From contig NC_069000.1 in NCBI RefSeq assembly GCF_001194135.2, forward strand, positions 21,995,742-22,059,741: 64,000 bases of DNA, read 5' to 3'. This DNA comes from Octopus bimaculoides. Taxonomy: Eukaryota. Positions 13,701 through 26,083 of the stretch are shown one piece after another. The translations under genes and the position numbers were made by a program. Below the pieces are notes generated by a model. That model saw only the letters and a program-made list of their open reading frames with translations, was not told where the DNA came from and searched no databases. Numbering within the stretch: position 1 is the stretch's first letter; each line of letters opens with the position of its first letter.

Positions 13701-16700
13701 CATAGTTGTCTAATCTGCTGAAATAGCAGCTAAATCTTCCTAAAATGGACACAACTTTCATTAAAAAAGTTCTAGAAGGTGCAGACATAGCAATGGGGTA
13801 AGAAATTTGCTTCCTAACCACATGGCTCCAGGTTCAGTCGCAATGCATGGCACCTTGGGCAAGTGCCTTCTACTATAGCCTCAGGCCAATCAAAACATTG
13901 TGAGTGGACTTGGTAGATGGAAACTGAAAGAAGCCTCTCATGTATGTATATATATGTGTGTGTGCATGTATGTGAGTGTGTGTGTTTGTGTTTGTCCCCC
14001 CACCCCAACCACTTGACAACTGGTGTTGGTGTGATTACGTCCCCGTAACTCAGCAGTTTGGCAAAAGAGACCAATAGAATAAGTACCAGGCTTTACAAAT
14101 AATAATAAGCACGAGGGGCAGGGGTTGACTAGTTCAAGGTCATGCCCCAGCAAGGCCACTGTCTAATGATTGAAACAAGTAAAAAAAAAAAAGATAAAAA
14201 GATACATCGCCTAAAGGGAAAAAAAGACAACATAGTTGCGGCTGAAATGCTTTACACCATAAAACAGTTTGGTCATAATGAGCTTGAAGCTAACCAACAA
14301 GAACAACAACAACATGAAAAGCACCTAAAAAAGGTTTTAAAAACTGAAGCCCACAACTCACCTTTAGATGTAGTGGTTTCTGATTTGTGATGGCTATTTT
14401 TGTGGCTATTACTACTACTACTACTACTACTAGGAGTAGATTTAACATCGTCCCTCGATGAAGAATTAGATTTCTTTTCTTTCCTGGAATCTTCCTTCTG
14501 ATGGGTTGGTCTGTCGTTTTGTGGCATGTGGCTCCGATGACTGTCTCCATTCTTTGACTTGCTCTTCTTCACCTCCAGAACGTCTTCATCATCACTGATG
14601 TTATGCTTGCGTTTCTTTTTCACCTAAACATTGGTTTAGAATCAAAGAGAAGCAGAAGTAAAAGAAGTGGAATGGCCAATATAAAACAGAGTAGATCAGC
14701 ATCATCATCATCATCTTCATCATTATCCCTGTTTTAATATCCACTTTTCCACTTGCATGAGTTAGACAGAATTTATTGAGGTGGATCTTCTATAGCTGGA
14801 CGCCCTTCCTGTTGCCAACCCTCACCTGTTTCTAAGCAAGGCAATATTTCTCCATGACCAGACATGTTTCCATGAAATATTGAAAATGAAGGGCACCATT
14901 TGCATGACAGTGACATTCATTTACAGAACTATTACATGAAATTAAGTAACACACACACACCATGAGCTTCTTTCAGTTTCCATCTACCAAATCCACTCGC
15001 AAGACTTTGGTATACCTAGGTTATTGTAGAAGACACTTGCCCAAGGTGTCAAGTAGTGGGACTAATCCTGTGTCTGTTATACCTGAGAAACAATAGGTTC
15101 CTGTTTCAAGTCTTACTAGTCATCCTGTTGCAATGATGACAATGACAAGGATATTGGTGGTGGTAGTAGTGATGGTGATGATGTGATGATGATAAGGAGC
15201 AGAATTTAATTAATGTTACGATGGAAAACAAAACTTTGATGTCATTTTTTTCTCTTCAGAGATGTCTTCAGTAGAATCCTAACCAGAATATAAGTAAAAG
15301 GACTATTTGCTTGTGTGCTTAAACACAGCTACAGGTATTTCATTCGATCTATAAACTGCTTCATTTTTAATGAATTTGTTCTGTTAGAAATATTTGATTT
15401 TGGAGGGGTTTTATGAGGAAATGTCAATAAATCACAATCAGAGAGGATTAGGTGTCTTTATGAGGTTCCATGAACTAGAAAGGTGTTCTATTGTTTAGCC
15501 TTGGGCCAGTGCTGATGGACCAAAGGCATCTAAGCCATCATAGAGCCATATTGTTCAATTTACCCTTGCTTTTGTGAGACAGCAGGGTGTATTTGAGGGA
15601 AATTTGACTACTATTTTAACAGGTCCAGCAACCCTTGTTGTTTCATGAGAGGTTACCTTCTGGGATTAAGGACCCTCTCAACTTTTTATATTATAAATAA
15701 CAAGTTTCCTAGAGTAGTTACAATGTGTCCTACATGGCTAACAAGGGAAGGGGTCTCTTTGTTTTACTAGGTGTGGTTGGAGTGTTCACTATCAGGAGGT
15801 AGGCACATAGACAAATACAGGAATACAGAGAAAACAAATGCATAATTCAATCACTGGGTTACTTCATGTGAAGGGAGATTATCGACATACACTGACTTGC
15901 ATAATAGTAATGGTGGTCAGAGCCAGCACTGATTCATCATGGTGACATAGATGGATAAATAGATAACAGGAAAGAATGAATGACTGACTGGCTGGATGAA
16001 TGGATGGATGGGTTTAAATTTACAAATGAGAAAAAAGTACTCCATATGATAAGTAGAGTTTCGGTATTTACACCTGACTTCTACAGTAGCCACTTACCTA
16101 GTTTACATCTATAACATCTACCCATTTACCTAGTTCATTTTCTAACTATAGTATACCTACACCTAATTCATATTCACTACAACATCTACCTACACACCTT
16201 GCTTGTCTCTATTCTACAACAACTACCCACCTACCTAGTTCACATCTGTAGTCAAACAATGTTCACCTGTCTTAAAGAACCATGTGGTTGGTCTAAACTC
16301 CAGCTAACATTTATTTCTCTTATCATGATCCTAGTAGAAACTACATCTCTTCATTGTGACATCAGTTTAAAAGCAGTTATATGACTAATTTTTCTTCTTT
16401 GCTACCAAATTTGTTTCTTTGCTTGCATGAGCCTACCATCAGTTACAAGAACAGCCTTTATCTGCCCAGGAGTCAGATGCAGCTGGTAAGTGGACAGTTG
16501 CAGTGAAATAGTGGACAAGTGGTGACCACAATGTAGACAATATCTGGCAAGTTGCTATCAAGAAGACTCTGAGCTCAGAAGCTGACATAAAAACAATGTC
16601 AAGTTATGCATGAAATACTTTTCTTTTCTGAGACAGGTTTTCTCACACATGTAGTCTTATCAAAAATGCTCTTGCAGCTCATTTCATTTCTTTATTATTT

Positions 16701-19648
16701 CATATTACTAAAATTTTCTTTAGTGACAAAATGACACTATGCTATTGTTTCTAGTAAAAGAAACTGTTTCATTTACTTTCATACAGAAAATTTTCTTTAT
16801 GTGATAAAATGACATTGAATTGCTATTTCTAGCAAGAGAAGCTGCCTAATTAACAGTTTCAATACTAAAAATTTCCTTCAGTGACAAATTGACAAATATA
16901 TGCTACCATTGCTTTTAACAAGAAAATCAATTCATGTATATAAATTCGATGACTGGCACCCGTTCCAGTGGAGCGCTAAGAGCACCATCCGAGCGTGATC
17001 GCTGCCAGAGCAGCTGACAGGCTTCTGTGCCAGTGACACATAAAAAGCACCATTCGAACGTGATCGTTACCAGCATCGCCTTACTGGCACTTGTGCTGGT
17101 GGAACATGAAAAAACATTCGAGCGAGGTCGTTGCTAGTGCCACTGGACTGGATCCTGTGCAGGTGACAATGTAAAAAACACCACTTGAGTGTGGCCGTTG
17201 CCGGTACCGCCTGACTGGCCCTCATGCCGGTGGCACGTAAAAGCACCTACTACACTCTCGGAGTGGTTAGCATTAGGAAGGGCATCCAGCTGTAGAAACT
17301 CTGCCAGATCAGATTGGAGCCTGGTGCAGCCATCTGGTTCGCCAGTCCTCTTGTTTTGACTCTTGCTTCAAGAAGAATAGTTCTTTGTCATTGTAATTAA
17401 AGTTGATGTGTTTATTGGTTGCTTTTTTCCTAGCAGCAAGTCCTTGGCATCTCATTTGCCAAACTCGATATTTTTGTTAGAAGAATTATTTTTCTGTTTT
17501 TGTAAATGATTTTCTGCTTGTTGAACTTGATACACAATGCTTTTTTTTCTCTTGTACATATTTTTTTCATACAAAACTTAACATTTTAAAGTCATTTATG
17601 TTTGTATGCACTTATTTAAAACAACTTTTAGTGACCATTATGTATGGACAGTCCTCCTATGTTAAACAAAATTTGACTGAATTTAGTTTGGGGCCAACTT
17701 TTGTCTCTGTGAATAAAAGATTAATTTGATCAAATACTTGATTTAAGGTTTCTGTTCCTCATTATTTTGTTTAAATAACATGGTTCAGGGTTCAGTATTA
17801 TACTCATAATTCTATATATTGGTATAATGCATGACTAGGACTTACCTCTGGAGTACTGTTGGTACTGGTGCTAGATTTCATTTCAAGATATGTTGAACGG
17901 GCTTGATTGGATGCAGCTCGAATAGCTGCAGCACCTACAAGAAAGAAGAGAAAAACCTTTTTAATACAAACCCCACAGATGCAGGCATGGCTGTGTGGTA
18001 AATAGTTTGCTTTCCAACCACATGATTCCAGATTCAGTCTCACTGCATGGACCCTTGGGCAAGTGTCGTTTGCTACAGCCCATGGGCCAACCAAAACTTT
18101 GTGAGTAATTTAGCAGACAGAAATTAAAAGAAACCCATCATACACATATATATATGTGTGTGTATGTTTGTATTTCCTTGTCTTGACATCACTTGTTAGT
18201 TGTAAATTATTGTCACTGCCATATACAAGCAGTGTCATTCCTTTCTAATATTCTGTAAGAAATATTACCTTCCTTGGAAACAAATGAGGGTTGCCAACTA
18301 GAAAGGTATCTGTCCATAGAAAATCTGTCTCAATAAACTCCAACTAACCCATGCAAGCATGGAAACATGGACATTAAAATGATGATGGTGAGCCCTGATC
18401 AAGAAGAAGACCTATGATTAAAAGTGTTCCAGCCCTTATCATCCTGGCCTATTTTTCAGACAAAGTGTATCTAGAACTACATTACTTAATGTCTCTTTTC
18501 TCATTTAAGACAGTAGAATATGATTTGAGGGAAAAGTGGCTATTATTACTAGCAGGTCAGTTAAGCATGCAGAAGTTTCCTGGTCTTGGTGGAGGTAGTC
18601 ATGGCCTATGTGTATATGTGTAGTGAGAGTGCAAGAAGAAATAAAAAAAAGTACACACACACACACACACATACATATGTCCTCGTCGTTGTCATTATTA
18701 TTTAACATCTGTTTTCCATGCTGGCATGGGTTGGATGGTTTCTCAGAAGCTGGCAAGCTAAAGAGCTGCACAGGGTTCAATTGTCTGTTTGGCACAGTTT
18801 CTATGGCTTGATGCCCTTCCTAATGCCAACTATTTTACAGAGTGCACTGTGTACTTTCTATGCGGCATCAGCATGAGAGCTTTTTATGTGGCACCAGCAA
18901 AGGGTGCCACCTTATCTTGAATACAAAAATGCAAGATCTAGTCAAATACATACACATCACTAATAATGAATTTTTACCCAGTCTGCTAGCAACTTGTGAC
19001 ACCAGTGATATATTAATCACTGCTTTTCTACATCAGTAGAAGCAAAATTTGTCTAAGCATGTAGTTGAGAGTGGAGATTTGCTGCTGATGATGTGTAAAG
19101 ACACAGAAATCTGGATTTAGCAACTCCACCACTGCTGCTGGATGCTTTTTGTCTGCTAGTGGTTCACTTCTGTGCTTTTTAGCACTATACACCTATACAA
19201 GAAACTTTTTCAAGACGAATGCTACAGTTTTTGTAACTTTCAGTTGTATAAAATATATCCATGTTAGCCCTTTTGCATTTAAACTGGCCATATATGACCC
19301 AAGTATTCTACCTGCTTTACATTCAAAGTTGTCATATCTAGCCTCTTACACCTATCCTACATTGACACTAAAAATAAACAATCACATCACTAAAACCTCA
19401 AAGCTATGAGATAATGCTTGGTTAATTGAAAACAATATGAATAAATAAAACATTATATTTAACAGAGCAATCTGAACACTAAAAGATTAAATAAGATATA
19501 AAAGAAAACTATATACCTATACTACTGAAAGCTACAAAACTGCAGACATGGCTGTGTGGTAAGAAGCTTGCTTCCCAACCACATGGTTCTCTAGGCTGAC
19601 CAAAGCCTTGTGAGCGGATTTAATAGATGGAAACTGAAAGAAGCCAGT

Positions 19649-19679
<31 letters not shown>

Positions 19680-22600
19680 GTGCATATTTATGTGCCTGTG
19701 TTTGTCCCCGCACCATTGCTTGACAACAGCAAAAGAGACAGATAGAATAAGTCCTGGTGTTGATTTGTTTGACTAAAGGCGGTGCTCCAGCATAGCCGTA
19801 GTTGAATGATTGAAACAAGTAAAAGAATAAAAGAATCATCAACATTTAACATCTGTTTTCCATATTGACATGGGTAGGACTACTTGACAAGACTTGGCAA
19901 GGCCAGGGGCTGCACAAGGTTTCATAGTCTGTTTTGAGTTGGTTTCTATGGCTGGATGCCCTTCCTAAAGCCAACCACTTTATAGAGCGTACTGGGTGTT
20001 TTTTACATAGCACCATCACCAGTGATTTTTACATGGTACCTGCACCAGTGCTTTTTGTATATTTTTGGTACACACACACACACTCACATACACACACACA
20101 TTACATGCATACATATATATCCACCCACTGTCATTCCTCATCTCCAGTCCATTTTACATCCACTGTTCATTGTTATTGCAAGTTACTTGAACTGATAACA
20201 GGTCCCACTCCGGTCCATCAACAGGAAGGACATCATCATCATCATCATCATCGTTTAATGTCTGCTTTCCATGCTAGCATGGGTTGGACGATTTGAATGA
20301 GGACTGGTGGAACCCAAAGGCTACACCAGGCTCCAATCTGATTTGGCAGAGTTTCTACAGCTGGATACCCTTCGTAACGCCAAGCACTCCGAGAGTGTAG
20401 TAGGTACTTTTACGTGCCACCGGCACAAAGGCCAGTCAGGAGGTACTGGCAACGGCCACGCTCGAAATGGTGTATTTTACGTGCCACCTGCACAGGAGCC
20501 AGTCCAGCGGTACTGGCAACGAACTCGCTTGAATGCCTTAAAGTAATTGCTTCTACAATATGAAGATACAAATGTTCAAACTAGTAAAAATAAACCACCA
20601 CATAATGCATATTACCATGAACAAACTGTAGTAAGAAAGGTAGTGATAATAGTATTAGAGAAGCAAGGGATTGAGACATGATATGGCCATAGTTTAATAG
20701 CAAACTGGCAACTAATATCAAAGAAGATCTCTTCTGAGCCAATACTTAACTGCAGTTTCATGATATTCTTTCCTGGAAAGAATATTCTTCTATCTCAGCT
20801 ACATTCTTCTTGTCTCTTCTCTTGTTTCTGAATTATCAAGCTTTTACTTTTCTGTCAACCATTAGCCCATTCTCAAGTTATGTTCTTTCTGTTTCTTGTA
20901 TTGCTACTAAATTAGCAAACCTACATTCACTCTCATTCTTTTATACCTCTTCTTAATCGCGAGACATAATAAGGAACACAGAATAAAGTGTAGTTTTTTT
21001 CCCCCAAAAAAGACAACAAAATGTCTACAGTAGGTTTGAACTCAAAGTGATCAAGTAATGATTTGTATACCATATCCATAAAGTCATTTCATTTCTATGC
21101 AGTACAGAAGGAGACAATTGTTCAATGTTAAGTTTCTAGCAAGAAAATACACAGATTTGCATGCTGGACCACTTACCACATGGTCAAGAATTCAAAACAT
21201 GCAGCAGCTATTTTGTTTTACCTTTTGGCAAGGCACAAAATTGTTCTTAGTTCAGACTTTGTGATTGATAAACAGGTTATATCTCAACTTCACAATTGAA
21301 TAACTGAGTAGTTAATTATAGGAAAAACATGGCTGACTTGTTAATTATAAGAAGGATAATGAACTGTAATACTGTACAAATTTAGAAAAAAATAATTTTA
21401 AAATCTGACCTGAGCTGCCATGAAAAAGAAAAGTTGAAAAATTATTAATAAAAAAAATACTACAGTTTATGTTGATGGTGATGATGATGATAATGATGAT
21501 GATGATGGTGATAAGGGTAATGATGATGGTGATGGTATGCTGAAGAGGAGAAGAGCATTATCTCTTTCACAAATCTTCAGAACTTAGACATAATTCCATC
21601 TATGATGATAATGGGGATTACAGATGATGTGACTATAATGATAAAGATGACTAAGATTGTGGAAAAGATGATCACAATGGTGATGATGGTGATAAGAGTG
21701 ACAGTAGTGACTATAACGATAATGACAATGATGATTATGGGGGTTTGTAGTGATTATGATAATAGTGATGATTAATTTGAATAGAGAGCAAAAATAAAAT
21801 GATTTATGCTTGTGAGTTTTCTTCCAAGTACGGATATTTTAATTTGAAGACTCAGAAATAAAAGAGAGCAAATTTACCTGTTAAAGGTGAACTTTCTGGT
21901 TTATCCTTTTGTCGAGCAAAGAGGCTTCCAACTTTTAAATCTTTTTTATCCTCCTCACCTTGGCGGAAAAAGAAGGCACCAATTTTCTTTGGATTAATCT
22001 ATAATATTGAACAATAAAGTTAATAATGATGATGGCATTATCTATTCTCTTGTACAAAAGTCTAAATATTACATACTGACTAGAGAATACAAAAAAAATT
22101 CCAGTACCGTGATGAAAAATCTATCAGCAGGTAGTAAAAAAAATGGCTATGAATATTTGATAAAGTAGTATCACCGCTGAACTATACAAGCAGGCATCAC
22201 TTTTTGTCCATCTCAAATGGCAACATCACATCTTGTGACTCAATCTTCAGTTCAGTCTTTATTGAAGAAAGTTACTGAAGAGGTAGACAGAAAAATAGGT
22301 CCTGAAGCCTACTTGCAAAGAAGCAAAAACTCTGATATGGTATGTCGACATGTTATGGGAAAAAGAAATAGTTAAAATTTCACATCATATTTACTATAAA
22401 AGTGCGTGATAGGACCTAAATTGTCTTAAAAACTTATAACTGCATGGATAACGCATTGTTGCATAAGCTAAGAGTAGATTATCTGCAATAATCCAGTGTC
22501 TAAGTCTTTTTATATGTCATTTTAAATAAACTAAATTGAATAAGAATAGCCTGGGCAAAGTTTAGAGAGCTCTTACCCCTGCTGGCGACAAAGGGACTCT

Positions 22601-25600
22601 CACTCAGAGTAAAAGGCAGACTGTATGACGCATGCGTACGAACAACCATGCTACATGGCAGTGAAACATGGGCTGTAACTGCTGAGGACATACGTAAGCT
22701 CGCAAGGAATGAAGCCAGTATGCTCCGTTGGATGTGTAATGTCAATGTGAATACCCGTCAGAGTGTAAGTATCTTGAGAGAAAAGCTGAACATTAGAAGC
22801 ATCAGTTGTGGCGTGCAAGAGAGACGATTGCGCTGGTATGGACATGTGGTGAGAATGGAGGAGGATAGCTGCGTGAAAAAGTGCCACACCCTAACAGNNN
22901 NNNNNNNNNNNNNNNNNNNNNNNNNNNNNNNNNNNNNNNNNNNNNNNNNNNNNNNNNNNNNNNNNNNNNNNNNNNNNNNNNNNNNNNNNNNNNNNNNNNN
23001 NNNNNNNNNNNNNNNNNNNNNNNNNNNNNNNNNNNNNNNNNNNNNNNNNNNNNNNNNNNNNNNNNNNNNNNNNNNNNNNNNNNNNNNNNNNNNNNNNNNN
23101 NNNNNNNNNNNNNNNNNNNNNNNNNNNNNNNNNNNNNNNNNNNNNNNNNNNNNNNNNNNNNNNNNNNNNNNNNNNNNNNNNNNNNNNNNNNNNNNNNNNN
23201 NNNNNNNNNNNNNNNNNNNNNNNNNNNNNNNNNNNNNNNNNNNNNNNGACTGGCTCCTGTAGGATTTTCGAGCGAGATCGTTGCCAGTGCCCCTGGACTG
23301 GCTTGTGCGGGTGGCACATAAAAGACACCATTTCGAGCGTGGCCGTTTTCGTGCGGGTGACACGTAAAAGCACCCACTACACTCTCTGAGTGGTTGGCGT
23401 TAGGAAGGGCATCCAGCTGTAGAAACTCTGTCAAATCAGACTGGAGCCTGGTGTTGCCATCCGGTTTCACCAGTCCTCAGTCAAATCGTCCAACCCATGC
23501 TAGCATGGAAAGCGGACGTTAAACGATGATGATGATGATAATGATATATAATAAAAGAAATAAACTGAAAAAATGATTAAAGCTTAGATTCTGGGGATTT
23601 TTGTTTTAATAAATGTGGGTAGGCAAAATCTTTAAAGCTATGTGTTACATACACCCTTAATTTTAATTTTCATGAAAAATAATGCATATTTATAGATGGA
23701 ATTTCATGGTCCCTACTTCATACTTTGCTCTCCAGAGAACTCTATGGAATGACTACATAACAGACTGGACTAGTTAATATCTTGACCACTTTCAATAAAG
23801 AGTGACTGTTTCTTATAATTAGGGGAAAACCTACCAATTCAGCTGGCTGAAGACTGGACAAATGAAAAATATACTTTATCGTGATACTCATAAAATACTT
23901 CTATTATGCAACTTAGTCCTACTTACTGATCTAGTCAATAAAAGGGTTTATATAGAGTACCAAAATTCCAAAATGGCAAAGTACCTCACTTGATTGTACA
24001 ATGCATGTGCATAAACTATTACAAAGGAAAAGCTTTAAGCAACCTTGAAATAAATCAATTTAACTATACTTTTTGTGTTCACATTGTTAACTTATGTGTA
24101 CACTACATGTTATAAGCCTGATTCAGCTACTTACTAACAAAATGGTTCATTTCATATACTTAAATAAAAATAATAAGACATGAAACCAATTTTTCATTTA
24201 TACAAACTGGTCACTCTACGTAGTTTCAAATCAAGACCCAAAGAAAAGCTACATGCTGATGTAACTGGGCTCCTCACCCAATTTACTCCTCAAGCTATCC
24301 ATACCACACACCATTTATCTATCACTGAGCCTACCATCACCTGCCCTAACTGCTGTAATTTAATGTGAGCAGAAGTGTTCACTTACTATTCATCATTCAT
24401 TCTTTACACTGTCCCTCTTCACTCACATTTTCCATTGATTGCCCTTCTATGCCATCAAACTTCCTTCTTCACCACCATGCATCTCTCACTCTTCCCATGC
24501 ATTATATCTACCTTTCCCCACACACACTCTCACAGCCTACCCACACCAACATCATTCAGACATATTATGCTGTGAGGGCAATTGATTTTATAGCAGCTGA
24601 ATTTTCTTCTTACTACATACCATACAACCGTAGGCCAGAAGTTGAATCTGTTCGTTTCTCAACCAAGCAAACAAAGTTATTTTTGTTTCATCTAAAACAC
24701 ACATCCACACACATAACGACTGTTGGTTGGAACTTGTGACACTTGTAACCGATGATTATGTTGCAACAAGTCTTACACTCAGTATACGTTATGTCAAATG
24801 TTTATTTACCTTACATTTTTTTCATTTATTATATATATATATATTTATTATATNNNNNNNNNNNNNNNNNNNNNNNNNNNNNNNNNNNNNNNNNNNNNNN
24901 NNNNNNNNNNNNNNNNNNNNNNNNNNNNNNNNNNNNNNNNNNNNNNNNNNNNNNNNNNNNNNNNNNNNNNNNNNNNNNNNNNNNNNNNNNNNNNNNNNNN
25001 NNNNNNNNNNNNNNNNNNNNNNNNNNNNNNNNNNNNNNNNNNNNNNNNNNNNNNNNNNNNNNNNNNNNNNNNNNNNNNNNNNNNNNNNNNNNNNNNNNNN
25101 NNNNNNNNNNNNNNNNNNNNNNNNNNNNNNNNNNNNNNNNNNNNNNNNNNNNNNNNNNNNNNNNNNNNNNNNNNNNNNNNNNNNNNNNNNNNNNNNNNNN
25201 NNNNNNNNNNNNNNNNNNNNNNNTATATACGACAGGCTTCTTTCAGTTTCCATCTACTGAATCCACTCACAAGACTTAGGTCAGCCCAAGGCTATAGTAG
25301 AAGACATTTGCCTAAGGTGCCATGCAGTAGAGCTGAACCTGGAACCATGTGGTTGGGAAGCAAGCATCTTACCACACAGCCACTCCTGCACCTATATATA
25401 TATATATATATATGTATTTTATGTACATATACTTACTAAATCATCCTCTTCCTTGTCCACTGTGCTTACAGTAGCACTTGACTGGTTTTCTGAAGATGGG
25501 GGAGAATGAAATTTTATAAATGATAAGCCATAATTGGTAGTCTGAAATTTAATGAGTAGAAAAAAAAAAAACATTAAACATGATTATGATGATGATGGTG

Positions 25601-26025
25601 ATTGTTTCTAACACGGGCACAATGTTTCAAGTTGCAGTGGAGAGGAACAGCCAATTACATCTTACATCAACCCTAGTACTTCACTAGTACTTTATTTTAT
25701 CAACCCTGAAAAGATGAAAGGCGAAACTGATCTCAGCAGGATTTGAACTCAAAATATTGTATCCAAAGAAATATCACAAAGCATTTTGTCTGATGCTCTA
25801 CTGACTCTGACAATCCATATAACAGTTTCTAACACAGGTACAAAGCTAGAAATTTAGAAGGGTGTTAGGTGATTGAATCAACTCTTGTACTTGATTTGTA
25901 CTTTATTTTGTTGATATCAGAGAGATGAATGGCAAGGTTGACTTCAGTAGCAGCTAAGATTGTAAAGGGATCTAACTAAATACCTCAAGGCAGTTTATCC
26001 AATGCTCTACTGATTATGCCAACCC

Positions 26026-26083
<58 letters not shown>

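Noticed and set aside
22200-22370. Open-looking + strand peptide stretches here and at 26280-26490 and 1475-1696
   Set aside because: No family motif or splice signals recognised; probably old repeat debris
23455-23485. CTGAGGA-ctggt-GAAA on the minus strand of the RTE 3' UTR
   Set aside because: The 5 nt between the motifs cannot form stem II, and other copies lack GAAA
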